In this document: piece by piece, positions 27,468-36,435 of the stretch
How the letters are laid out: every line of letters begins with the position of its first letter
How positions within the stretch are numbered: the first letter of the stretch is position 1
DNA from: Anaerolineales bacterium
GTDB lineage: Bacteria > Chloroflexota > Anaerolineae > Anaerolineales > UBA11858
Direction: 5' to 3'
DNA length: 55,493 nucleotides
Assembly: GCA_050049875.1 (NCBI GenBank)
Contig: JASFVL010000003.1
Location: forward strand, 1-55,493
Notes under the pieces: model-generated
What the model saw: only the letters and a program-made list of their open reading frames with translations
Database searches by the model: none
What the model was told of the DNA's origin: nothing
Made by a program: the position numbers and the translations under genes

Positions 27468-28297
27468 CAGATTTCTCCTGTCTTGGGACGCATAATATGC
27501 TCATCCAGAGATATTCCACGCAGTTCAGCATAGCTAGCCCGATCGTGGGAGCAGAACATTTTTATCACCTCACCATGTTCCCGGCGTAAGGCGCGTAACC
27601 GCGCGATGGGTCCAGGAGGAAATAATACCCCTGAAATGGTGCGTAGCCCGATCGGAAATGGGTTCTTGGGTTCATCTATATCGATCTGCATGTCACGAAT
27701 GTAAGCATCACCGCAGTGTAGCAGCCAACCTTCCTCCAGTTGAACCGCTACAGCGCAGTGTCCTCGCGAATGGCCTGCTAAGGGTACAATAAACACCTCA
27801 TAGCTTGGTTGTTCCAGCACAGGGATTGCATCAAATCCAAACCATTTAAACCCTGTAAACGAGTGGAGCATCCAGTTTATATCCGCTCTCAAGTGTTCAT
27901 CTACATAACCAATCCGATCCACCAATGAGAAGCGGCGTGTTTTTAAAGCGCTGACGTACTCGTTTCGAAAGACGTGCACCTGTGCCCAGGAGAAGTCGGC
28001 GATTCCCCCAGCGTGGTCGAGATGCAGATGCGTCATGACGATATGGCGGACGTCCTGCGGTTCAAAACCCGTCGCCTTGACTTGATTTAATGCTGTTTCC
28101 CTTACGTCACAAGGGACTCCACTGATCCTCGTAAACCTCCGCACGTGACGGCTAGGATGGATGTAATCATTAATTCCGAAACCAGTATCAACCAGGGTGA
28201 GAGCTTTATCTCCCTCCAGCAGCAGGCAGTGGGATACACCTGGATAAGGAGTATTGGTATGGATTGTTCCGCAGTTAAGATGGTGAACTTTCAGCAT
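27467..28297 (-). CDS. MBL-fold metallo-hydrolase (AHL-lactonase-like)
   Basis: HHLNCG, LVDTG, THLHLDHAGG, GHSRGH, GDA, SHD; start at ATG 28297. Confidence 0.9.
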   Translation of the reverse strand: MLKVHHLNCGTIHTNTPYPGVSHCLLLEGDKALTLVDTGFGINDYIHPSRHVRRFTRISGVPCDVRETALNQVKATGFEPQDVRHIVMTHLHLDHAGGIADFSWAQVHVFRNEYVSALKTRRFSLVDRIGYVDEHLRADINWMLHSFTGFKWFGFDAIPVLEQPSYEVFIVPLAGHSRGHCAVAVQLEEGWLLHCGDAYIRDMQIDIDEPKNPFPIGLRTISGVLFPPGPIARLRALRREHGEVIKMFCSHDRASYAELRGISLDEHIMRPKTGEI

Positions 28298-28301
28298 ACA
28301 T

Positions 28302-29324
28302 CTACCCCTTCGACAACTCCTCACCCGGATGGATTTCCTTTTCATATAGGACAAACTCACGCGCTACATGCATACCGGCCTTCTCGTACAAACGGGTGGC
28401 GCCGGTTAAGTTCTCGGAATCAACGCTCAAACCAACGCGGGCTTTACCCCGCCGGTGGAACTCGCCGAAGGCCTGGTGCAGCAAAGCCAGCCCCAAGCCC
28501 TGACGCCGCCACGGGCGGCGCACCCCTAATGTGTCGACAATCCCGATTTCCTTATCCTCACCCAAACGCGGAGAACAAAGCGCGCCACCCGCAATCTCAT
28601 CGTCTTCCAGCGCGATGAACCAAAGAGAGGCATCGAAGCTTTCGTCGTGCTCGATGGAATGCCGCATGCGCTCCATCCGTTCGTCGAAGTCCTCGGGATC
28701 CACATACCCCCAATGATCCTCAAACGCTTCATTGACCGCCCTGTAAATCGAGTCCAAGTGCGGATATTCTTGGTAGCTACTGATCCGGATGCCTTCTGGC
28801 CACTGAGGATCGGGGGGGTTCTCATCCAGCTCACTCAGCATAAACCACGAGTAACGCACCGGCTTAATCCCAAGTTTCTCAAACAACCGGACCGTGGGAT
28901 TGTGTGCTGGGGTGGTCTGTAAACGCATTGAGACGCGCACCCCATCGGGCACACGCGAGATGGCTTGACGAGCGCGCTGCTCCCCCCACTGAACCAGGTA
29001 AGTGCCAATACCCTGACCTTCATGGTCCTCATGTACGCAGCCGTAAACGACGGGGTGGACGGGCGGTGAAGATAAATCCATAACCAGGACCGCGCCAACC
29101 ATCTCGCCTTGTGGGGATAAGACGACCCTCATTGACGATTCCATATTGAAACCGGGGGTTGAAAAAACATTGCGAAAATCCTCCAAGGTGAACTTCACCA
29201 CGCCGGTCATGGTCTCCCAATAGCCAATTAACAATGCATGAAAGTCTTCCAGATCATCCATCGCCGCAGGACGGACATGGTAATCTGCCATCAAGTTCGC
29301 TTCCGACTTGATATTTCTTGTCAT
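28302..29324 (-). CDS. Tandem-domain GNAT acetyltransferase (MshD-like architecture)
   Basis: VHEDHEGQGIG and VRRPWRRQGLG, AFEDHWG, NLTGATRLYEKAGM. Confidence 0.9.
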   Translation of the reverse strand: MTRNIKSEANLMADYHVRPAAMDDLEDFHALLIGYWETMTGVVKFTLEDFRNVFSTPGFNMESSMRVVLSPQGEMVGAVLVMDLSSPPVHPVVYGCVHEDHEGQGIGTYLVQWGEQRARQAISRVPDGVRVSMRLQTTPAHNPTVRLFEKLGIKPVRYSWFMLSELDENPPDPQWPEGIRISSYQEYPHLDSIYRAVNEAFEDHWGYVDPEDFDERMERMRHSIEHDESFDASLWFIALEDDEIAGGALCSPRLGEDKEIGIVDTLGVRRPWRRQGLGLALLHQAFGEFHRRGKARVGLSVDSENLTGATRLYEKAGMHVAREFVLYEKEIHPGEELSKG

Positions 29325-29358
29325 GTTGTGCTCCTCGAAAGGAATTTGGTATCAGACC

Positions 29359-29781
29359 TCAAATCCGAACCCCATTCAAGCGTTCCCGAAGGCGTTGGAC
29401 TGCATCTTCCTGAGTGAAATAGGTGAAAATCTCCAGATTGGGGTCCGGGTTCCCCAGGATCATCTTGGAGACCGGTACTCCCTCTCGGAGTAGGCAGATG
29501 ACCAGTTTCCGGAGGCCTAGGGCATAACTGATCTCATAGCCAACCCCATGGGAAGGGGTGCTGACCTCCGCCACTAAGACATCACAATCCTTAATCCAGG
29601 TGATGTCCCGCCTGTATACTTCCGCTGGCTGGACGACATTCTCCTCTAAGAGCACATCGGAATTGGCGAGAGCAGCGGTGGGCACTTGGTGACCATCCGC
29701 AAGAAGCGCCCGAACGATAGCTTGGTAGATGGTCTCATCTTGGCGACCCCCAACGACCGAACAAGCGAAATAGACCTTCAC
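29359..29781 (-). CDS. Nucleoside 2-deoxyribosyltransferase family protein (DNPH1/Rcl-like N-glycosidase)
   Basis: VYFACSVVGGRQD, VYRRD, AEVSTPSHGVGYE. Confidence 0.88.
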   Translation of the reverse strand: MKVYFACSVVGGRQDETIYQAIVRALLADGHQVPTAALANSDVLLEENVVQPAEVYRRDITWIKDCDVLVAEVSTPSHGVGYEISYALGLRKLVICLLREGVPVSKMILGNPDPNLEIFTYFTQEDAVQRLRERLNGVRI

Positions 29782-30224
29782 GACCGATCCGCTTCGATAA
29801 GGCTGTAGATCATGATCTGCGTACCGAAGGGGTCGCGGACTGGACAGACACGCACAGGTTCATACATCAGGGCATCCTGAGATTCAGGACCCTCCCCGCC
29901 GGCAGTGATGAAAGCCTGTTGCATACGTTCAGCCTCCTGAGGCGAATCCATCACTAGCATGAGCTCAACGTTCTGTGGACTACCCGCCGAACCGCGCAGC
30001 AGCGTTAACCAGGTATCTCCCAGACGCCAACCACGGGTGCTACTGCCCTCAACATAAGCTGGCGGGCCGAGGACTTTTTGGTAATAACGGATTGCCTCTT
30101 CGTAATCCTCAAAGAAGAGGGTGATCCCGTATAAACCTATGTAACCATACTTAGGATCAGGTTGGGGATCGACGAAATATTTCTTGCGATAGGCTTCATA
30201 ATCCATAGTAGCAATCCTTAGCAT
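29778..30224 (-). CDS. VOC/glyoxalase-family protein
   Basis: AIRYYQKVLG, VRDPFGT. Confidence 0.8.
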   Translation of the reverse strand: MLRIATMDYEAYRKKYFVDPQPDPKYGYIGLYGITLFFEDYEEAIRYYQKVLGPPAYVEGSSTRGWRLGDTWLTLLRGSAGSPQNVELMLVMDSPQEAERMQQAFITAGGEGPESQDALMYEPVRVCPVRDPFGTQIMIYSLIEADRS

Positions 30225-30368
30225 TTAATCCTTTCTGAAGTAACGCAGTTTGAGAGGGTAAATTGGGATTGGGTTACACACGCGCGCTATCCCCTCCCCA
30301 AGTTAGCGAAACAGCAGTTATTATAGCCACCAGCGAGGGGCAATCAAGCGTTTATCGTTTTCGTGCGA

Positions 30369-30839
30369 TCAACTCGGTTCAGCAAACGCCCCGACTGTAG
30401 GATTCGCCAGCTTTGCGAAGTCGGCGTAAGCAATGCGCATAACTTCTTCATAGGTGCCGACCCGGAAGGCGATCTGGCGCTGCACGGTCAAATCCTGTTC
30501 CACATAGACCGGAACCTGATAGAGGTTGCCGAAAGGCGGCATCGCTCCTACGGCGCAGTCGGGAAAGAGTTCTTTGAATTCCTTTTCCTTCGCCAAGCGT
30601 ACATCCTTGTCGCCCAGCAGCTTCGCCACCTTGGCGAAATCCAGCTGGTATGGAGAGGGCACCACAAGCATAACAACTCGCCCACCAGCATGGACCATGA
30701 CCACCTTGGCGACCTGTGACCCAGGTAGGTGTACCTCCGCAGCTACCTCCTGCATGGTGAAGGCCTCGTCGTGGGTCATGATCTTGTAAGATACATCGTT
30801 TTCCCGAAGGTATTGTTCTAAACGTTCCCTGCACTCCAT
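30369..30839 (-). CDS. YbaK/EbsC (ProXp) aminoacyl-tRNA deacylase family protein
   Basis: VAKVV, RLAKEKE, GAMPPFG; GGAGG RBS before ATG 30839. Confidence 0.9.
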   Translation of the reverse strand: MECRERLEQYLRENDVSYKIMTHDEAFTMQEVAAEVHLPGSQVAKVVMVHAGGRVVMLVVPSPYQLDFAKVAKLLGDKDVRLAKEKEFKELFPDCAVGAMPPFGNLYQVPVYVEQDLTVQRQIAFRVGTYEEVMRIAYADFAKLANPTVGAFAEPS

Positions 30840-30959
30840 TTCGCGACCTCCTTCCAAGCGTGCCTATTCCCAGCGAGCGCTTGACTGTCTTTGAACCTGA
30901 TCGAAACAAAATCATTCTATCACGGAACGGCCGGACGTTCATCCGTTGCAAGGGTTCCG

Positions 30960-31004
30960 TTTATTCTGTAAATTGTGGGTTCCCCCCACAATTTACAGAA
31001 TAAA
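30960..31004. repeat. Perfect 20-bp inverted repeat
   Basis: TTTATTCTGTAAATTGTGGG-ttccc-CCCACAATTTACAGAATAAA. Confidence 0.85.
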
Positions 31005-31017
31005 AACCATATTCACC

Positions 31018-31047
31018 TTGACAATAGAACATGTGTTCTGTTATATT
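31018..31047 (+). promoter_or_regulatory. Sigma70 promoter with LexA (SOS) box
   Basis: TTGACA (31018-23), AGAACatgtGTTCT (31026-39; GAAC-N4-GTTC), TATATT (31042-47). Confidence 0.75.
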
Positions 31048-31238
31048 GATAAAAAACGCTTCATTTCGTGTGCGTACATAGTTTGTCAGTCAGAAAAGGG
31101 GGTGTTGAATATTCCTTCTGACAACATTTGAGCACACACCTGCAGTTCTCTTAATCTGCTAGCGTTTGGATTTAACCCGGGGGTAAGCCTCATTTCAAAA
31201 ATGGGATCACACCCCCCTGCCAAAACCTCAAAACCTTA

Positions 31239-31640
31239 ATGTCGCTCTGGAATTATTTGCTGCGCGCTATAGGATACGGACCCAATGCACATCTGACCTT
31301 CGATCTGGACCAGAGAGCCTTCCGCGCCCTGCGGCGCGCTGCCGACGAAGAACAACGCCCCCCTGAGGAGCTGGCCAGCGACCTGCTCTCCAACGCGCTG
31401 GCGCGCCGCGAAGCCGCCCTTGAAAACCTGCACATCTGGCGCACCCTGACCCCTCGCCAGCGCGAAGTCTGCGCCCTGGTGTGCTTGAACTACACCTCCC
31501 GCCAGATCGCCGCCCGCTTGAGAATCTCCCCCGAAACCGTCAAAACCCACGTGTACAATGCCCTGCTGAAGTTCAACCTGCGCCGCAGGACTGAGCTCCA
31601 GAAGCTCCTAGCTGACTGGGATTTCAGCGCCTGGGATTGA
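31239..31640 (+). CDS. LuxR-type HTH regulator with RHH-like N-terminus
   Basis: LTPRQREVCALV...IAARLRISPETVKTHV; N-terminal strand-helix-helix pattern LTFDLD...PEELASDLL. Confidence 0.85.
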   Translation: MSLWNYLLRAIGYGPNAHLTFDLDQRAFRALRRAADEEQRPPEELASDLLSNALARREAALENLHIWRTLTPRQREVCALVCLNYTSRQIAARLRISPETVKTHVYNALLKFNLRRRTELQKLLADWDFSAWD

Positions 31641-31680
31641 CCTTTGGACAGCTTCCGCCGCGCTTTCGCCACCAAGCCGC

Positions 31681-32334
31681 TCAAGGATTCGCCCGTTCGC
31701 CTACGCTCAGATAGAGTGCACCGAAGTAATACTCCTCAAACCTGACTTCAGTCAAGTGCTGGCGGATCGATTCCCACGGGTGCCGGTCGGCGATCTCCAA
31801 GCTGACGCCGAAGGGGCTGTTGAGCCAAGCAGTCAGCCTCACCAACCAGTCGGGCCAGTTGGAGGGCTGCTTCATATCAAAAACCGCAAAGCGCCCCCCA
31901 GATCTCAGCGCCTGGGCACCGTTTTGGATGACAGCGTCGTACTCTGGGATCAGTGTGATCGCCAAGGTGGAAAAGATTCCACTAACCCCTTGGGGGAATT
32001 CGTATTGGGCTGCATCACTCTGGACCAGATCGATATCTGTCCAGCCCTCTCGATGGATGCGTTCCCGGGCAATTTCCAACATTGCGTCTGTAAGGTCGAC
32101 GCCAATAACCTTCCCCTCCCCTCCTACCGCCTCTTGAAGATAACGAAAGTTCAGACCCGTCCCACAGCCAATTTCGACAACTGTGTCACCGGGCTTCAAC
32201 GCCAATGAAGCAACCGTCACTCGCCGGTAATGTCTTATTCGAAATCCGAAGAGGCGGTAAATCCAAACCGCCAGATCATACCCCGCAGCGCGTCTGCGAT
32301 AAAGGTCGCGGGTTTCATTCTTGTTTAAAGTCAT
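31681..32334 (-). CDS. Class I SAM-dependent methyltransferase (UbiE-like)
   Basis: VVEIGCGTG, GVDLTDAML, SDA, LRSGG. Confidence 0.9.
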   Translation of the reverse strand: MTLNKNETRDLYRRRAAGYDLAVWIYRLFGFRIRHYRRVTVASLALKPGDTVVEIGCGTGLNFRYLQEAVGGEGKVIGVDLTDAMLEIARERIHREGWTDIDLVQSDAAQYEFPQGVSGIFSTLAITLIPEYDAVIQNGAQALRSGGRFAVFDMKQPSNWPDWLVRLTAWLNSPFGVSLEIADRHPWESIRQHLTEVRFEEYYFGALYLSVGERANP

Positions 32335-32400
32335 GGCACACTTACTAATTTTATCGAGAGAACTTTCATCACAAAAGAGGAGAGAGCCTAACGCAGGCGC

Positions 32401-33225
32401 TCACAGCAGGATGAAACCGTAGAGCGCCAGCGGGATAACCAGCAATTCAGGTGAAATCAATGAGCTCAGCTTTTGTTCTTTGTTGGGATTGGCTAGCAGG
32501 TTGATCTTGAGCATTACAATCCAAGTCCCATGCAGGAAAACCGCAGGCCAGATACTCCCGCTCATAACAGCGAACGAGCCGAATAAGACCCCCATAGATA
32601 TCGCCCAAGCGCCTTGTAAGATAACCCACCGATCCGTGTTTTCTTCCTTTTGTTTTACGATATGTACCAATCCAAAGAAGATCGAAGATACGAGAATTGC
32701 CATGAGGGTACCAAAGCGGAGGTACGCCCATGAGCGCAGCAATGCATAAAGGATCAAGCCTCGAAATGCGATTTCCTCAAAGAGTGCTGCTGACAGTGTG
32801 TTGAAGATTAAGGATAACAAGTAGGGCAGACTTGTATAATCATATTTGACGATTTGCGTATAAGCGCGTGGAAAAGCAGCCGCCTCATAGACGATAACCG
32901 GCACGACCAACAGCCAGTTGCGAACATTCGCCCCGCGACTGGTGATAAAGATGTGCAGCCATCCCAAATTATCCAAGATAATAATCAGGATGAAGACCCC
33001 AAGAAGTCGTCCAAGAGATTCGCCGATTTGTTCACCGGTCTTGTTTCCCCCTAATAAACACCCGCTTAATGCCGGCAGTGAGGTAAGGTACAGAAAGATG
33101 ATTGTGACCCCGAATGAGAACAGGATCGGATGATCCAGGGCAACATGCTCAACAAAATCAAAGATGTGGCTGACCATAAAATATCCTGAGCTGGGAAAAA
33201 GGCGAACACCGTCCTCGCCCTTCAT
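32401..33225 (-). CDS. CPBP (CAAX/Abi) intramembrane metalloprotease
   Basis: EEIAFRG, FGLVH, SIWPAVFLH; multiple TM helices. Confidence 0.85.
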   Translation of the reverse strand: MKGEDGVRLFPSSGYFMVSHIFDFVEHVALDHPILFSFGVTIIFLYLTSLPALSGCLLGGNKTGEQIGESLGRLLGVFILIIILDNLGWLHIFITSRGANVRNWLLVVPVIVYEAAAFPRAYTQIVKYDYTSLPYLLSLIFNTLSAALFEEIAFRGLILYALLRSWAYLRFGTLMAILVSSIFFGLVHIVKQKEENTDRWVILQGAWAISMGVLFGSFAVMSGSIWPAVFLHGTWIVMLKINLLANPNKEQKLSSLISPELLVIPLALYGFILL

Positions 33226-33336
33226 CGAGAGTCTTAGCTAACCCTGTCACTCAACTTATTAATCTGCCGATAGTCTGTCAAAGACCGATGGTTTGTACTG
33301 ACGATATGCCAGTTGCGCCCTTGCCAACTAGGTCTA

Positions 33337-33409
33337 AACCAGTTAAAATACTTTTGATGGTTAGTATAATCGATAGATTTCTACCTGTCAAGTCGTTTTT
33401 GATGGTTAG
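33337..33409. promoter_or_regulatory. Two imperfect palindromic operators around a TATAAT, candidate sites for the CGNR protein
   Basis: TTTTGATGGTTAG at 33352-64 and 33397-409, each preceded by an ACC...AA half-site; TATAAT at 33365-70. Confidence 0.55.
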
Positions 33410-33427
33410 ATGATAGGAAAGGTATGC

Positions 33428-34036
33428 ATGCCTGAAAAAAGAGTCGTTGAATCACTCGATCTTGAAGGGGGGGTGTTATGCTTAGACTTCGCTAATACAG
33501 TCGACAGCCGATTCGATCTTCCAACAAAAGACTATCTTTCCGATTACACGGATCTGGTCTTATGGGCCTCCCATGCTGGGGCGTTCAAAGAGCAATTAGC
33601 AAATCGATTGATCAAAATACAAGAGCAAGATCCTGCGCGCGCTGAACGGATTTTTCAACACTCCATTCAGCTGCGCGAAACGCTCTATCGGATCTTTCAG
33701 GCATATATCCAGGGGGAAAAGGTAACTCCAGGTGACCTAGAGCAGCTAAATGATTGGATCTCCCGGTCATTCAGCCAAATCAAGCTTAACAAAACAGAAA
33801 AAGGCTTTACCTACCGCTGGAAAAATGAGAACGACCTCGAACTGGTCTTGTGGGAGATCACCAAGTCGGCTGCGGATTTGCTCACTAAAGGGAATCTCAA
33901 GCGGGTTAAGCAATGTCCCTCCTGCGGTTGGGTCTTCCGTGACGCCAGTAAAAACCGCAGCCGCAAGTGGTGCAGTATGCAGGTCTGCGGCAATCGAGCC
34001 AAAGCCATGCGGCACTACAAACGGTCGCAAGCATAA
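33428..34036 (+). CDS. ABATE/CGNR zinc-finger domain protein
   Basis: LCLDFANT, CPSCGWVFRD, WCSMQVCGNRAK; alternative start at 33410. Confidence 0.92.
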   Translation: MPEKRVVESLDLEGGVLCLDFANTVDSRFDLPTKDYLSDYTDLVLWASHAGAFKEQLANRLIKIQEQDPARAERIFQHSIQLRETLYRIFQAYIQGEKVTPGDLEQLNDWISRSFSQIKLNKTEKGFTYRWKNENDLELVLWEITKSAADLLTKGNLKRVKQCPSCGWVFRDASKNRSRKWCSMQVCGNRAKAMRHYKRSQA

Positions 34037-34098
34037 ATCAAACTCTTATCCCCAACAATTTGCACCCTAAAGTGCCGAAAATAGCTGGTTTTTCAAGA

Positions 34099-34848
34099 TC
34101 ACAATTCGCCGCTGGCATCCACTTCCCCCTCCACGGCATCTGCCCAAGGATATTTCTCAACTTCTTTAGCCGCAGCGCGCACTGCGGGGTCACTGGAATA
34201 GGGACCGCGCAGTTCATCTGGCAACAAATCGGCGATCTGTTTCATTATCACTTTGCTGATCTCATCTAACTGCTGGCGTCTCGCGCGCCCCCGCCCGGTG
34301 ACCTTGAAGGGGCCGAAAGGTTTACCGATGTTAATCGTCGCCTTCGCCTGGCGTTTAAAACGTAAGGGAAAGATATCATCGAAACCGAACAAACCGACGG
34401 GCAGCAAACGTGCACCTGTTCTTGATGCTAAGTATGCTGTCCCTGGGCGCGCCAGGCGCAAGACTTGAGCCCAACTTCCCCCTTCAGGGAAAACTCCTAA
34501 GATACCCTCTTGGGAGAGGATCTCCTCTGCAGCACGTAGCGCTCCACGCGAACCTGTCCCCCGGTAGAGGGGGTAGAAGCCCCACATCTCAGTGATGATT
34601 TTCGACCAACCCGGAGCAAAGGGGGGGTGCGCAGCCCCTAAAAATTCTAAAGGCCATGGTGATAAGCGGACGAAAGCAACCGGATCAAAAAAAGTAAAGT
34701 GGTTGCCCACGACCAACAACGGTCCTTTTCGGGGCAGGTTTCGCTCCCCGATGATGTTCAGATCCACAAGCAAATTAAAAGCCCAGACCGAAAATTGATG
34801 CATGATCGCACGCAAAAACCGGCGTCGGGGATATGTGTAAACAGTCAC
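34099..34848 (-). CDS. Lysophospholipid acyltransferase (PlsC family)
   Basis: NHFTFFD (HxxxxD), FPEG, LPVG. Confidence 0.9.
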   Translation of the reverse strand: MTVYTYPRRRFLRAIMHQFSVWAFNLLVDLNIIGERNLPRKGPLLVVGNHFTFFDPVAFVRLSPWPLEFLGAAHPPFAPGWSKIITEMWGFYPLYRGTGSRGALRAAEEILSQEGILGVFPEGGSWAQVLRLARPGTAYLASRTGARLLPVGLFGFDDIFPLRFKRQAKATINIGKPFGPFKVTGRGRARRQQLDEISKVIMKQIADLLPDELRGPYSSDPAVRAAAKEVEKYPWADAVEGEVDASGEL

Positions 34849-34855
34849 AGGAAAC

Positions 34856-36184
34856 CTAATCCGCGCTCACTGGAATAGGTGTTGTTGCGGCTTGACGGGC
34901 TTTGGCTTCGTTAACGGAGAACAAAATTGTCAAACCCACCAGCAGGAAGAGGGCAACGAAGATAATCGCCACCCGCTGCCCGGCTTGCTCAGCGGATATC
35001 GCAGCCATATTGCGATTCGCCTCAAACCACAAGGCAGCTTCTGCGGCAACTAAGCCGTAGATCGTAGGGCCAATAAAAGAGGAGGTCCGCCCGGCGATGG
35101 CGAAAAAGCCGAAAAATTCGGCACTCTGTCCCTCAGGAGCAAACAAACCCACCATCGTGCGGCTCAAGGATTGCACACCTGTAAGAGCAAAGCCCGCGAA
35201 AGCGCCAATAACAAAATAACCCGTCAGTGTATCGGTAAAGAGCATCGCTCCCACAATTGCCGTCATCATCAATATCGAAATCACCAAAGAGCGCTTGAAC
35301 CCGATTCGATCACCTATCAATCCAAACAAATACGCACCGATCACACTCGTCACCTGAACGAAGATCATGAAGATGATCAATTGCTGTTGGTCCATTCCAA
35401 ACAGCACCGCTCCGATGATGGCAGCGAAATCTAAAGCCATCAGGATGCCATCGTTATAGATCAAGAAAGCCAGGATAAACTTGATGAACTCCCTATAATG
35501 ACGGATGGATTTGAGCGTGCTTATTATCCGCTTAAAACCCAGAGTGACGTAATTCTCTCCCTCTGGGAGTTTCTGCGCCTCAGCACGTTCCTTAATCCAA
35601 CGGAAAGCAGGTATGGTGGAGACAGCGAAAAAAAAGGCAGTAAAAACCAAAGCCAGACGAACCATAAGTGTGCCTTCAATCAGCACAATAGGAGGCAAAA
35701 TAATCAGCAAACACAGGATCCCGCCAAAGGAACCAACCGCCCAACCATTTCCGGAAACACGGCCCAACTCCTCGGCTGAGGCAATCTCTGGTAGCAGCGA
35801 GTTGTAAAAGACTTGTCCAGCGCGGTAGCCAATCTCGGCTAAGATGAAAAACACCATACCCAGCAGGATATCACCCTTCTCAACGAAAAAAAGGAGGGCT
35901 GTGAAAACCCAACTTGTAGCTGAGAAAATCAGGAGGAATCGTTTCTTGGATGCTGAGAAATCAGCTACTGCCCCCAAGATCGGTGCGATGACCGCGACCA
36001 CCAACATAGCGATCCCTACTGAGATGCCCCAAAGTCGAGACCCCTCCGCCCCTCCCACCACCTCGCCTTTAAAATAGGCTGAATAGATCGCCAATAAGAC
36101 CACTGCCGCGTATGCGGAGTTACCAAAATCATATAAGTACCATGCCAGGTGTTCCCGGTTCATGGTTTGCAGTTTTGAAATCAT
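34856..36184 (-). CDS. MFS transporter (UMF1 family)
   Basis: WYLYDFGNS, FYNSLLP, QSLSRT, AEFFG. Confidence 0.9.
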   Translation of the reverse strand: MISKLQTMNREHLAWYLYDFGNSAYAAVVLLAIYSAYFKGEVVGGAEGSRLWGISVGIAMLVVAVIAPILGAVADFSASKKRFLLIFSATSWVFTALLFFVEKGDILLGMVFFILAEIGYRAGQVFYNSLLPEIASAEELGRVSGNGWAVGSFGGILCLLIILPPIVLIEGTLMVRLALVFTAFFFAVSTIPAFRWIKERAEAQKLPEGENYVTLGFKRIISTLKSIRHYREFIKFILAFLIYNDGILMALDFAAIIGAVLFGMDQQQLIIFMIFVQVTSVIGAYLFGLIGDRIGFKRSLVISILMMTAIVGAMLFTDTLTGYFVIGAFAGFALTGVQSLSRTMVGLFAPEGQSAEFFGFFAIAGRTSSFIGPTIYGLVAAEAALWFEANRNMAAISAEQAGQRVAIIFVALFLLVGLTILFSVNEAKARQAATTPIPVSAD

Positions 36185-36435
36185 GTTTGTTTTACTCCAC
36201 TGGGTCAGGCTGTCATTATACCAATTGAATTTTATGAACCACAGGTATACCGCTAGCTATTCAAAGATGAGTAGATTCGTCCATAACTTTACGACTGAGC
36301 ACACCAGATCAACGTGGTATGATTGTCAAGTTATTGATTGTGGGTAGGAGTATTGGGCAGAAGAATCTCGCCCAACCTCCCCAAATGCTTCCATGATCTA
36401 TTAGCAAAAACCCCAATATTGGAGAAACGTTACCC

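Noticed and set aside
32387-32430. GTTAGGC on the minus strand after the CPBP gene resembling an integron attC core
   Set aside because: No matching RYYYAAC inverse core, no repeated attC sites and no integrase.
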